Part shown: positions 22,842 to 35,775 of the stretch, piece by piece
Numbering within the stretch: position 1 is the stretch's first letter
How the letters are laid out: each line of letters begins with the position of its first letter
Assembly (NCBI GenBank): GCA_950097015.1
Contig: CATNEN010000003.1
Location: forward strand, 9,052,001 to 9,116,000
From: Macrostomum hystrix
Taxonomy: Eukaryota; Animalia; Platyhelminthes
DNA: 64,000 bases
Direction of reading: 5' to 3'
The notes under the pieces: model-generated
What the model was told of the DNA's origin: nothing
Databases searched by the model: none
Seen by the model: the letters and a program-made list of their open reading frames with translations, nothing else
Program-made: the position numbers and the translations under genes

Positions 22842-24584
22842 AAGATTTTTCTAAATTTTTTTGGTCAATCTTTAACTGATGCTCATTGGCACTTGGCTTT
22901 AGCCAATCGTGTGAATCGACGGTCTGGCTCCCTGTCACTAGGCCAAAACGATGCTTTGCATACAGTCTGTTTCATTTGAGAGAAAAGCAGAAAAAGTGAC
23001 TTATTAGATTTCGAGAAACGACACTGCTGACTCATTTATTCGCTCAACCTTAATGCTGCCTTTAATACTCCTAATCAGACATCAAAGACGAATTTTTTCA
23101 AACGAGCATTATATGAAAGATTAGATTCGGAGAATAATATAGCCTCATTTGTTAGAAAGTGATACATAAAGTAGTACGTAATATTATAAACTAATGAATA
23201 AAAAATAAGATTCCATATACTTCAGGATCTGGATTAGGATGAAATTAGGGGAATAATAGAATTTAAGGTTCTGAAATCATTGGATAATGAAAATTTTAAG
23301 ATTAAGGCTTTTGGGGGACAATGAAATGTAGGGATTAGGAAAATTTTAAGGATTATGAAATCTACGGATTATGAAATCTAGGGGAAAATTTCAGAAAATT
23401 TGGGATAATTTAAGTTCCTGGCTTTGTCGTTGGGAAAAATGTTAAGTTTTTTTCAGCGGCATATCGGAGATCGGCTCTGAAACTTGAAAGATTAGAATTT
23501 TCCTGACCGAAGCGGTTAACCGACCTTTTAGCCAGATAAGAAAGATAATTAAGCTAAATAAATTATAGAATATTATAGAATAATATAAGCAGGGAGACAC
23601 CTGACCCTGAATGATGGCATCCAGCTGTCCTGATGTACGCGGTCAGCAGTTCATGATGACTGAATCCGCTATATATGCAATGCCATCACTCGATCAGCTG
23701 CTTTTCATCCCAAGGCTGTCAAACTTTTACTCGGTTGGGCAATCCCTGTCAGCTAATACCATATACGATCATAATTAGGCGCCTCTTTAAAAATCTAATC
23801 TAGCCGTTGCGTAATACCGCGGTTTTATCAGAGGTGCACAAATAAAAGTCACGGACCTTCTCCCTAAATCCGAAACGGCCAGTTTAAAGGTATTCGCATA
23901 CGGCATGTAGATTTTGTAGCAAGCCTTATTAATATCATAGAAGCCTTGTAGATTGTGTGAAGTCTTTTAACAGTAAAAAGACCCCACGCTGTTCCACCCA
24001 CTGGGGAAAGCTTACTTCACGATAGCTTGGATCAAAATCCAATACTGCATACTGTTACTGTCATTTTAAATGTATCGATTTGCTGAATCTGTTTTTTTAA
24101 GATATCGATTGACATCTAAGTGAAAATTATTACCTTACTGAACAAATCGTTAATTTGACGACTATGAAAACAATTAGACACCGTCAAATTGCTCAGCTAT
24201 TGTTTGTTAAACCTCCTAAACAATTAGTTTTACAGAAGCTAGGCCTACTCAGCAAACAAAAAACACAATAGTGGGATTTCTACTCAAACTAATTTGTAGT
24301 CTACATGTGCGTGCAGTTCACTGAGTCCAATTCAAAGATGAGTTACAGCACAGAACTGACTCTGCAAGGTCAGGAAGTTACCTAACTCAATTTTCGTGAC
24401 CCCCTGAGGTGACAGAAATTGGTGGTAGGGATTTATGTGTATCTTTCGTCACTGATGAGATGTCACGTGATCGATAAAACTGGTTGAACTAATTCTGAAT
24501 TTCGTGACTCACCAAATAGAATTTATGAGTGACGACAGTTAGAGACTCTGCGGTCTAGGTGTTGTCTTTTAACATATGGTTTCT

Positions 24585-25108
24585 TGTCCCATCCCTCCCG
24601 TGCCTTATCTCTACAGTGTCTCATCTCTCCCGTGTCTCATCCCTCCCGTGCCTCATCCCTCCCATGTCTCATCTCTCACCTGTCTCATCTCTACCGTGTC
24701 TCATCTCTCCCGTGTCTCATCTCTCCCGTGTCTCATCTCTCCCGTGTCTCATCTCTCCCGTGTCTCATCTCTCCCGTGTCTCAACTCTCCCGTGTCTCAT
24801 CTCTCCCGTGTCTCATCTCTACAGTGTCTCTTCTCTACCGTGTCTCATCTCTACCTGTGTCTCATCTCTACCGTGTCTCATCTCTCCCGCGTCTCATCTC
24901 TCCCGTGTCTCATCTCTCCCGTGTCTCATCTCTACCGTGTCTCATCTCTACCGTGTCTCATCTCTACCGTTTCTCATCTCTCCCGTGTCTAATCTCTCCC
25001 GTGTCTCATCTCTCCCGTGTCTCATCTCTCCCTGTGTCTCATCTTTCCCGTGTCTTATCTCTCTCGTGTCTCATCTCTCCCGTGTCTCATCTCTACCGTG
25101 TCTCATTT
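24585..25108. repeat. 16-bp minisatellite GTGTCTCATCTCTCCC
   Basis: Direct tandem array; its reverse complement resembles the 51.2-54.7 kb satellite. Confidence 0.95.
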
Positions 25109-27237
25109 GTGTCACATTTAGCTTCTTAAGCCTCTGACGAGGCAGACAGCATCAGCAAGCATTTCCCTAGAAAAGAAAAGGATTACGCAATTTCACCCCG
25201 GCGCAGATAACCAGGTTAATCCCTCGTCAATTTTACCCTCCATAAGGCTAAAGCTATTCTCTCTCGAGGGGGATTTTAGTTAGTAGAAGGTGACAGGAGC
25301 AGTGGCTGAAAAGCTCACAATGAGACGGCTTTGGGACGTTTTATCCATGGGGAAGTTAATAAATTTCCTCAATTCCCATGGGAAACTTTGGGATTGCTTC
25401 TACGGGTTGAAAATCGACTAAGTTTAAGATCCGTATTTTATACCGATAAGGTTTCATTTTTTGCCATTTCTAACAGTGATTTCACATTTTCTTTGGGTCT
25501 TCTCGGGCTAAGATTAATTTCTGGAGTTCTGACGACGACGAGCAGAGCAGGTGTACACAACCTGTGTGTGAGTATGTGCTCACAAGTCAGCGGAATGGGC
25601 AGATTGATGCCTGCAAAGGAAGACACAAATTTTGTCAGCCGCAATATCCGTTTTTGACGAATTCGAATGAAAAACCTTATTTGGTCCTGAATCAGTCTTG
25701 TATTACTGCATTATCTAGAGAGATAAGACACTTGACAGATGGTTGCTAAGCAAGCTGAAATAAATCAAATCATCCAGTGTGAGGATCAAACTCCCAGTTT
25801 CCCGATTGAAACTTGGCTCCAACTTGGTGTCCTAATAATTATTTGAACATGTGTTCCGTGCATGAGCAGTTTAAGAGATATATTTATGAAGGAACAGTAG
25901 ACAAACAAATGACACAGAAATTTTCTATGCGTGGGTCAAAGACTCAAAAAAATTTACTCAGCAAACCGAGCGGTGCTGTCCCTAAAATCCCTTGACAATA
26001 TTATCATATCAGACTACTTGTCAGTAAATATTTTAACATTTAACAACCTAAATTTAAATAATAACAAAATAGATATAAAGATAGATAGATAGATAGCTAC
26101 TCTAAAAAGAACCAGATTAAATTTTCGGCCAAAACTGGGCCTTCTTCAGTGTCAGTTCATTTAAATTAAGTCATTTATTTGAGAATTTAGATTTTGACGC
26201 ACTCCACACGCTTTAAGTTTTCCGTCATCATAAAGTGTTAGCGTGACATCGATGTTTACGTATTGGCCTCTAGCCAAAGCTCTGTGCTGCAAGGGTTTTA
26301 TTACCATAGCCGCATCAGTCATAAAAGTACTCGTTGGTAATTAAAATTTTGTTTGTTTCGAGATAGCAAACTGAATATTGCCAAGCGCACATATTTGAGA
26401 GGGAAATCTTCAGAATGCTAAGGTGACTCAAAGCACCTCATATCGTAGTTAACTCAACTCAGCCTTGGAGTCCGAAGACGATGACTCACGGATGCCAAAA
26501 ACAAAAATTATCAACCCAATGCAACTTGCTCTTAAATGTGCTCAGTGGATTAGCAGGGCGGGTGAGGCGGGGTAGAGAATGGCCCTTCATCCATCGACCC
26601 AGCTGGCTACCCGTCCTGATGGAAAACAAGGACGGGTATTACGCAACACTTTATAGAAAATGAAGACGAGACTGTGTGAGTTAGTGAGTGCTCAACAGAC
26701 AAACTGAACATATATAAGACTGTACAGTTAAATCAGAGGCCCTCCTATGTTGAACTGCCTAGACATTGGAAACTGCGCCACGCATTTGCTGAGCGCCCAG
26801 GTTCTCTCACACATTTGCCACTGCCTTACCAGCGTAATTAGGCTACTGCAGCTATCATCGGTCGGGTCATCTGCGCTCTGCACCTGCTGTTATTTCTGTT
26901 TCTTCTTCCTGGGGACACGTTTAAAAGCTTTTAGCCGTTGTGAAAGAAGATTTCTGACCTGAGGTAGACCTAGAGGTAGCGGTTCACATCAAATTTCCGG
27001 TGAAAAGCCAATTTATGAAACACATCGCCCAAGAAGCCTAGCTATCTTGTGGGTTAACACACATTGCGAGAACAAACTATCTGATTGTTTCATTATCCAT
27101 TTTTTCTTCTGGTAAGTTAGTATTTCTGGTAATTTCTGGACCAAATGTTTTTGTTATTTTTGCCTACGAAGCTAGTCTAATTGAATTTCTGATTTTAGTG
27201 AGGCTTCTAAAAGCTGCCGAGAAGGTAAGCAGACAAA

Positions 27238-29578
27238 ATGGTTGGCTCCGACCTCATCGATATGTTCACGAAGTTCAAGGTCGCTACTTACATCGGCCTT
27301 GAAGACTTCGTTGACAAATTGAACTTTCTATTCACCAGCTGCTTCTTAATGCTCTGCTGCACGGTGGTATCGGTGAAGACCTACTTCATGTCGCCATTGT
27401 CCTGTTACATTGCCACTCCCGTGTCAGGCACTGGCAATATGGACTACGTGAACGCATTCTGCTGGGCTGAGGGCACCTACGCTATGGATGTGCGCGAGAT
27501 GGAGGCTCTGAATGCGCACAATCTTGATAGCATCGCGAACCTAAAGATTCACTACTATCAATGGGTGCCTTTTGTGCTGGGTGAGTGTTGGAATTCAAAG
27601 TCTGCTTTGCGAATTTTAAAGGCCACAATTAAGGACTACTAAAGTGCACGTTACGTTATTACATTAAAGGTCAAGCCCTGATGGGCTCAGTCCATAGACA
27701 GGGGGAAGGCCAAACACACATCATTTGGTGACAGTGGACACACACCCAGCGATTCTGGGCTACATTTCATTTTGGGCGCAGCGGCGGAGAGAAGGCTTCG
27801 AAGCTTTCCGTTGAGGATGAGAAAGTCAGGGCAGATGTACACACCTGTGTGAGCGTGTGCCTGCGTATAGTATTTGTGTGGTGTGTACTCAAGAGTCAGC
27901 GAAATGAGCTCGTCGTGGAATCGAGCTCATGTACCTTAGTGCGAGAGGCAAACGCATTAGACTGCTCTGCCACTCAGCCCTAAACAAACTGAGACTCGAT
28001 TCTAACTATTCTACAGCTGGGTATACGTTAGATAGAAATGACACATAGGCAAGCTGGTCCACATGTACGCTCGTAACAGTCAGCGGCACAGCCGCAGCAA
28101 AAGACGCTTCCAAAAGACGCCAATCCAATACATAGTCGTCTAGGGGTGTAACTTCTCTTCAAATTGTTGTCTATGGCCTAGAACGGCTAAGGACTCTTGG
28201 CCGTTCTAGGCCATAGACAACTTTTTCAAGAGATACTTCTCGGTCTGATATAGACTACTTAGGCCATAGAACAAAAATAATTCGAAGGCTACATCGAACG
28301 ATTTCAGGTCTCCAGTGCTGTCTGTTCTACCTGCCGCGGGTGATGTGGCAGTTCTTTAGTCACAACTGCGCCGGCACAGACATGGAGTACATCATCTCCC
28401 TGTCCAATGACGCGGTCCACTCGGAGCCAGAGAAAAGCAAGAAGCTGGTGGACTATATCACTAAAAACCTCGAGGGCGTTTTCTACCAGCACCGAGAGTA
28501 CCGGACTAGCGGACTCACCGTGCTCAAACGCCAGCTCCATCGCTTCTGCTCCTTCCTGCTGCCAAGCAAGAGGCTGGGCACCAAACTTGTGAACTTCTAC
28601 ATCGTCGTGAAGGTGCTGTATGCCTTGAACTCCATCAGCCAGCTGTTTCTGATGCACAGGTTCTTGCGCATGCCGGGCAAGTACCCGTTCTTCGGCTATG
28701 AGCTGTTGCGCAACCTCACCCAGGGTCTGGACTGGCAGAACACGCAGACCTTCCCGCGCATCGGCGGCTGCGGCATGTTGCTAAAAATAGCCGGCGCCAC
28801 CCACTGGCAAATCGCCCAATGCGCCCTGCCAATCAACATGCTGAACGAAAAGCTGTACATCTTCCTGTGGTTCTGGATCTTCTTTCTCTCCGTGCTTAAC
28901 TGTCTGAGCATCCTGCGCTGGACCATTCGCATCGCCCTGGTCGGGCGGCAGTACAAATTCGTGAAGAAGTTCCTCCGACTGAATGGTGTCTTCAAGCGCG
29001 AGTCCGGCGATTGCATCGGCCTCAAGAAGGCCATCAGGCAGTTCTGCAGGGCCTTCCTCCGCCAGGACGGCATCTTCATCCTGAAGATGATCTCAATCAA
29101 TACAGGAGACGTCATCTGCTCGAAGATCATCAACCGCCTGTGGGAGACCTACAAGAAGAAGTACATCGAGCACGACTTCCGGGACGACGCCGAATATGAT
29201 CACAATCGAGCCCTGTCTGCCGCGGCTGGGGCTGCGGCTGAAGCAGCATCGGCGGCTGGAGGCGGTAGTCCGGATCCCGAAGCTCCAGGAGCTGCGTCAT
29301 TGAAGCTCCCGCCAGGCGAAATCGTCCCGCCATCGGTTTTGTCAATTGGTTTTGCCGCCGGTGGCAGCGACGATGGCAAGCGGCACTCCAGCTCGCCGAA
29401 TCTGCCGCCGACGCAGCCGCAACCGTCCTCGCAGGCTTCGTCGCCGAACAAGTCGACGATGCGCTTAATGAAGAGCGGTGCCCAACCGCAGGCACCGCCC
29501 GACCACTATCTGATGGCGAACGGCAACAAGCCGCAGAGCTTTCAGTCGAATATTTACACCTCGGAAACTATGCACTGA
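27238..29578 (+). CDS. Innexin (gap junction / pannexin family)
   Basis: Exons 27238-27580 and 28308-29578 (GT-AG, phase 1). Motifs EDFVDKLN, C..YVNAFCW, YYQWVPFVLGLQ..LFYLP, FPRIGGC, QCALPINMLNEKLYIFLWFW, FLRQDGIFIL. Confidence 0.95.
27760..27982 (-). mobile_element. tRNA-derived SINE (family A) in the innexin intron
   Basis: Minus strand begins GGGCTGAGTGGCAGAGCAGTCTAATGCG (A-box-like) and GAGCTCGATTCC (B-box-like), followed by the shared body CCCTGACTTTCTCATC..GCCTTCTCTCCGC. Confidence 0.7.
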
Positions 29579-29692
29579 GGACTGACTCTGTGACTGCAAC
29601 GAGACTGCTGCTCTTGGTCCCTAGGTTTTTATCACTGATCTTTTTCCAACGAAACTTCGAATCCGATTTTTGTGTTTCTTGGAAGAGAGACT

Positions 29693-30165
29693 AGGGTAGA
29701 GAATGAAGGGTAGAGAATGAAGTGTAGAGTATGAAGGGTAGAGAGAATCAAGGGTATAGAATGAAGGGTAGAGAATGAAGTGTAGAGTATGAAGGGTAGA
29801 GAGAATCAAGGGTATAGAATGAAGGGTAGAGAATGAAGTGTAGAGTATGAAGGGTAGAGAGAATCAAGGGTATAGAATGAAGGGTAGAGAATGAAGGGTA
29901 GAGAATGAAGGGTAGAGAATGAAGGGTAGAGAATGAAGGGTAGAGAATGAAGGGTAGAGAGAATCAAGGGTATAGAATGAAGGGTAGAGAGAATCAAGGG
30001 TATAGAATGAAGGGTAGAGAATGAAGGGTAGAGAGAATCAAGGGTATAGAATGAAGGGTAGAGAGAATCAAGGGTATAGAATGAAGGGTAGAGAATGAAG
30101 GGTATAGAATGAAGGGTAGAGGGAATGAAGGGTATAGAATGAAGGGTAGAGAGCAAGGGTAGAGA
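29693..30165. repeat. 14-bp purine-rich minisatellite GAATGAAGGGTAGA
   Basis: Tandem array just downstream of the innexin stop codon. Confidence 0.95.
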
Positions 30166-30339
30166 GACAATATAAGAGAGATGATGACAAAGAGACGGTG
30201 GTTGAGTGACAAAGATAGAGATAACGAACTGTAGTGAGAATACGGAGTAGAGAGAAGTTTTTTATATTTACAAACAATACAAACAGTTGAATGAATATAT
30301 TCGGTGTTCATTTGAGTGATTGACATATAATTGTATAAT

Positions 30340-30961
30340 TGCTGGAATAACGAATAAGTTTTTCATGTTTTTTTAAATCGAGCAGTATTGTATTGAATTT
30401 TTCTTATTGATTGCTGATTTTGAAAAACGAACTATTGATTTTGTTTCAAAATCACACTATACTATAGCAATAATAGTAAGCCATATTGAACTATTAACCA
30501 AAGTAATATAAATATATCTATTGATTCTGCATGTTCACAACGCGCTGCTTGATCAAAAAGCCAGCAAATATTACTATGCTCGTAGTAGTATATATTGTTC
30601 ACAAGAACAGACAATTAGCATTATCGACTAGATCACATAGACAAATTTTCTATCGTAGCTTAAGAGCTTGTCGTGAAATTCAGTACTCTATGGCCAAACC
30701 AACCAAACCACAGTATAAGTGTACGCTACTTATAGATTAGAAAGTTAGGTCAAGATGTACACACCTGTGTGAGTGTTTGTGCTGAGGTTTCAGAGAAACA
30801 GTCAGAATTGCCTCCTCGCGGGTTGGCTCTCGATCGACTACTGGTTATTCAATAATTCGCATGGTTAGTAGCTGCATTTGTCGAGCTACATCGCCTCTCC
30901 CGTGGCCAACCTTAATTTTGAGCAATTAGGCCTATAATAGCAAGCTCAAATGGAGGCATCG
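30340..30961. repeat. 622-bp direct repeat, copy A (partner 32784-33405)
   Basis: Colinear at offset 2444 with about 8 substitutions by eye. Confidence 0.95.
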
Positions 30962-32595
30962 GCCTACCACATGCTGCTGAGCGCCATTCGCTTCATGTCC
31001 GACAGGCGGGAGGAGCAGCGGACGGACCTCAGCACAGGACGCGACCTCGTGGAGCTCTTCCACCGCTGCCTGTTCAGCAGACGGCAGCAGGCGGAGATGC
31101 TGCAGGTCAGCAGCCAAGGCATGACACCCATGAGCTGGGGCGTATACCTGGGACTGGCTGGTCACGTTGAGTACATCATGATGCACTACTTGGCCAGCAG
31201 CGATTTGCACTCGGACTCGGAGGGCATTCGAGAGCGCGTGAGTGTGGACGTGACCGACTGCTTCGGCGACAACCTGGCCTTCTTCACTAGCCCGATCTGC
31301 GTTCTGCTCGACGTGTACAGTCAGTCCACGCTGGCTGAGCTGAAGGCGGCTGGCGTGTTTCGCAACGGCTTCCTGTGGAGGCGCTGGGTCGAGGCGCTGT
31401 ACAACCGCAACCGCAGGCTCATCCGGGTCATTATCGCAATGATTTTCGCTTTGACCTTGTCTATCATTGTGTACACAGGTTGCGATGCAAAAGAACATTT
31501 TCAGAATCAGTGCTTCAGACAAACAAAGCAGCAGCCATCTTCAACGGGCTACATCAGCATATTAGCTTTCTGCGCACTTGGGACTCTGTCTGGCCTTGTA
31601 TTCGCTTCTATTGGCTTGATGCGGAAAGAGATCTACCGGTAGGTCCACGGCACTAAGCTTCCAGTTCTTGAACTCTGAATGCTGCAACAGGTGCATGCAA
31701 ATTACAGAACTGTTTCTTACATTTTTGCAGGAGGAAGGTTGGTTTCCCGAATGGCCCACGAAGGAGCTACCCAGACCTGCTGCCGTGGCTCCTGCCATGT
31801 GCCCAGATTTTGTTAACTGCCGTCTTTCTCATCTGGCTTCACGCCGATCTTGATCGCACCTGCGGACTGCTTAATGAGCTGGTCTATCCTGCGCAAGGCT
31901 GCTGCGCAAAGATCCTCTTACTGACGTTTTTAAGCTTCATCGCTTGGTTCATGCGCCTTCTACCCGGAGTCGGCACCATGATGAGCGCCTTCCACCGCAG
32001 CCTCATTAACTTCGTGATGTTCATGGCGTTCTACCTGATTCTCACCGGCATCTTTGCACGCATGATCCAGGGCAGCAGTCACCTGTGGAACCCGACCAAC
32101 TCCACCACAAACGGCGAGATGCTCGTCGAATACCTGAAGACCTTCTACACAACCTTCCAGGTGTCGTTGAACATTGTGGACACGAGTGTGTACGTGCCGA
32201 ATTCAGATAGAATCGACCTCCTGATCACGCACATGACCTACGTGCTGTTCGTGCCCGTGCTGTTCATCAACTTTGTGGTCGGAGTTCTGTCCTCCGCTGT
32301 GAACCACGTGATTGAGCACGATGTCGAGAACAGGTACCTGATCATGCTGCACTTGGCGGAGATGCTTGAGCGAGACTACTTCTGGATGAGAAGTGTGCTC
32401 AACAAGCTGTTTGGCAGGTGGATGGGCAAGCCGCGCCGAATTCGGATTGGCGGCTATCTGCCGATCTCTGCCGACTGTCGGCTGCTCTCAGACCAGGGCC
32501 CGCATTGGAACTGTCAGGTGCCTGGTCAAGCCGGTGCGTGCAATGGCAACCAGCAATGCCCTGCTGACAGAAGTGATCTGCCTAAGGTGGATTAG
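30950..32595 (+). CDS. N-terminally truncated duplicate of the TRPV-like channel gene (517 aa if expressed)
   Basis: 30960-32764 equals 39975-41779 (offset 9015), including the intron (31639-31730). The ATG comes from flanking DNA (MEAS-AYHMLL..); no stops or frameshifts seen. Expression is unknown. Confidence 0.6.
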
Positions 32596-32783
32596 CTAAC
32601 AATTAGCTAATTACCAAATAATTAGAACGTCAATAAACTCATACCTGTTTTACAAATAATGCTTGCTTTATTATTCTCAAAAGTTTATTCCGTACCCAAT
32701 GTTGCCTCGTACTCTCAAGACAAGCATAAAGCACGGATATCAAGACAAATCAACGGAAAATCTTTTTACCTCAACCTTGGCAG

Positions 32784-33405
32784 TGCTGGAATAACGAAAA
32801 AGTTGTTCATGTTTTTTTAAATCGAGCAGTATTGTATTGAATTTTTCTTATTGATTGCTGATTTTGAAAAACTAACTATTGATTTTGTTTCAAAATCACA
32901 CTATACTATAGCAATAATAGTAAGCCATATTGAACTATTAACCAAAGTAATATAAATATATCTATTGATTCTGCATGTTCACAACGCGCTGCTTGATCAA
33001 AAAGCCAGCAAATATTACTATGCTCGTAGTAGTATATATTGTTCACAAGCACAGACAATTAGCATTATCGACTAGATCACATAGACAAATTTTCTATCGT
33101 AGCTTAAGAGCTTGTCGTGAAATTCAGTACTCTATGGCCAAACCAACCAAACCACAGTATAAGTGTACGCTACTTATAGATTAGAAAGTTAGGTCAAGAT
33201 GTACACACCTGTGTGAGTGTTTGTGCTGAGGTTTCAGAGAAACAGTCAGAATTGCCTCCTCGTGGGTTGGATCTCGATCGACTACTGGTTATTCAATAAT
33301 TCGCATGGATAGTAGCTGCATTTGTCGAGCTACATCGCCACTCCCGTGGCCAACCTTAATTTTGAGCAATTAGGCCTATAATAGCAAGCTCAAATGGAGG
33401 CATCG
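32784..33405. repeat. 622-bp direct repeat, copy B
   Basis: Matches 30340-30961; preceded by a 19-bp filler at 32765-32783. Confidence 0.95.
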
Positions 33406-34231
33406 CGTGCCGCTTCTGTCACCAGGTCGATGTCTAATTGCTGCTGGTCGGGATGTGATCGGGCCTACAATAAAACAGTTGGCAAACGCAATGTCAAATG
33501 AGGCTGAAATTTCTAGAGAAGCAAACAAGTAGGAACTGATCAGTACCTTCATTTTCGCGAGAAGGACATTTTTAGCACTGTGGACAAGAATTAGTATAGC
33601 CAGGCTTTGGTACCTAAAAACCTTGATGTGGTCCAGGATTCATTCTTCTTCCAGACAGAAGCATTCCAAAGAAAACCGTTCTGTATTCTTTCTCTTTAAA
33701 CAAAAGACGATATAGCTTTTAGATTTTGAAAGCTTTTTTTTAAGTAACTGCCTGAAGATATAAGAAATTCAGATAAAGTAAGGATGAAATATTGCCAGGA
33801 CTTTTTTAACTGATCCCCAAGGCCTTACGAGTTAGGCATATGATTTAAAATTATAGTTATAATTAAGTTTCAGTTCAAATTGAGTACAGGCCCGGTAAAG
33901 CTGCGGTGCCTAACGGTGCGAATTGAGTATTCACTAATAGTAATTTTTTCACATGCATTAAAAAACGAGCAGACGCAAGTGCAACTCTCAATTCACAAGC
34001 GCTTTTTTAAACCCACCATTTCCCACCAAAATATAAAGTGCCAGATGTCACAATACAACGAGAGGGTCTGCGACATAGTCTCTGCGACAAACTAAACAAT
34101 AGCAGTACTCTATTGTCAGAAGACGCTGTTTAGTGAAACAGTGGAGAAGTTTCATGCGTAGCACTCGAGAAAAGTAAATATTTATATATGTTAAATATTT
34201 ACATTAGACGCTGGCAGCACAATGACTGAAC

Positions 34232-35481
34232 CAGGGACAACTAAAACCCTCGGGACGCGAAACGAGCCAATTCATGGCAAAAAATCTGAGGGGCTCGCTT
34301 AAAAGTATTGTTCTATGGCTTTTTCAAGTCTTCTCTGCTATCAGGCATTAACGGTTAGATTAAATATAAAGTGAGTAAAGTAAATATAGTAAAGCGAGGC
34401 AATGTCGAGTATTTAAGTTAAAGAATAGGAACCAGTGATATAATTACAATGTATTTACAATAAAGTAACCGCCATATCAACAAAAAACTCCAGCGGCAAG
34501 AAGATAAAAGATAAAACAAAGATATAACTCCAACGGTGTATGCAGTTTAAATGCACGAATCAGAAAGTTGGGTGAGACAAAAATTCGAACAGACAGGTCT
34601 CCATCTTTATCTAACGTAAACAAGTAAACGTCTTCGTTCAGAATAGCTGTGTTCAGTGCATGTCGAGATACGACATCCGAATTTTTCACCTCAGCTCGAA
34701 AACTTTCCCATGCCGGCAAAAAATCAAGCAGCTGAAAAGCGTCCATCTCATCGATGTCGCCGCACCTCGCGTCAGAAAGAACACCGCGCTTTTCGGCCTG
34801 TCGGTCCTGGTCTAAAATAAGAGTAAAAATAAAAGTAAGATAATTGTGAGCGGCAAAATCGATATAGACGATAAGTGTTGAGCAATCTTTAAGTTTCGTA
34901 CCTTGGTTCTGAACAAAACACGAGCTAGGAACTCCATTAAAAACAGAAGGAGGATTAATTGGCCTTTCGGTAGAGTTTTTCTTGACCATTGGAGCATCGC
35001 TTGGCCAATGCTTTACGCACACGCCCATATTGTCAGTCACTCTCTAAAATTATACATTTTGGGTTTCAAGTTGTTTGGACGAGACTGGCATGCAGAATTG
35101 AAGCGGAATTATGCAGCAGTAATGACAGCAAATGATCTGGTTTCTTACCTGGAGAATATTTGGCAGCGCCTTTCTCCATCGCTCTCGCTCCTGTGGATCT
35201 CTGGGAAACGCAAATATCCGTGTTCGAACGGCTTCAGAGTTGTAATTTGACGAGCACGGAAATACGCTGCACTTTCTTGGCATTTCATCAAGTTAATAAA
35301 AAATGCTTCTCTTGGTATAGTTCAGCTTAGCTTCACTGCTGGCCGCAGCTAAAGCAATTTTAATTTGCTTGATAGCAGAGAAGACTCGAAAAAGCCATAG
35401 AACAATACTTTTAAGCGAGCCCCTCAGATTTTTTGCCATGAATTGGCTCGTTTCGCGTCCCGAGGGTTTTAGTTGTCCCTG
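34232..35481 (-). mobile_element. Internally deleted P-element-superfamily DNA transposon (1250 bp)
   Basis: ~110-bp near-perfect TIRs starting CAGGGACAACTAAAACCCTCGGG; 8-bp TSD GACTGAAC at 34224-34231 and 35482-35489; contains THAP exons. Confidence 0.9.
34477..35283 (-). CDS. THAP zinc-finger protein (truncated P-type transposase N-terminus)
   Basis: Exons 35283-35149 (MPRKCSVFPC..IFAFPRDPQERERW), 35043-34902 (VCVKHW..PINPPSVF) and 34811-34477 give a C2CH THAP signature; no catalytic domain follows. Confidence 0.8.
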
Positions 35482-35579
35482 GACTGAACTTAAACAATAT
35501 CCACTAGGCAAACAGTAATATCAATAATTAATAATATCATTGCAAGAGGGGAGAAGTTGTGCGCAGGCACATTGTTTGG

Positions 35580-35775
35580 TGCCAGTAGACCCGCAGCCAG
35601 CAAGGAGGCAATTCTGCCCATTTCGCTGACGATATGTACATCCGCCCTGACTTTCTCATCGTCCGGCAGTGTACACTCTCAGTGTACACTGTGACTGTGC
35701 CTTGGAGGTTGGCCCTCGTTGGCGTAAATTGCACGACAAGCCCCCAAGCCTTCTCTCCGCGGCTGCGCCAGGGAC
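35580..35775 (+). mobile_element. SINE family A body
   Basis: GGAGGCAATTCTGCCCATTTCGCTGAC..CCCTGACTTTCTCATCGTC..GGTTGGCCCTCG..GCCTTCTCTCCGCGGCTGCGCC is shared with the other copies. Confidence 0.65.

Noticed and set aside
27910-27982. tRNA gene (also 36880-36965, ~49105-49140 and 50120-50145)
   Set aside because: A/B boxes are degenerate, no clean cloverleaf forms, and they are attached to SINE bodies.
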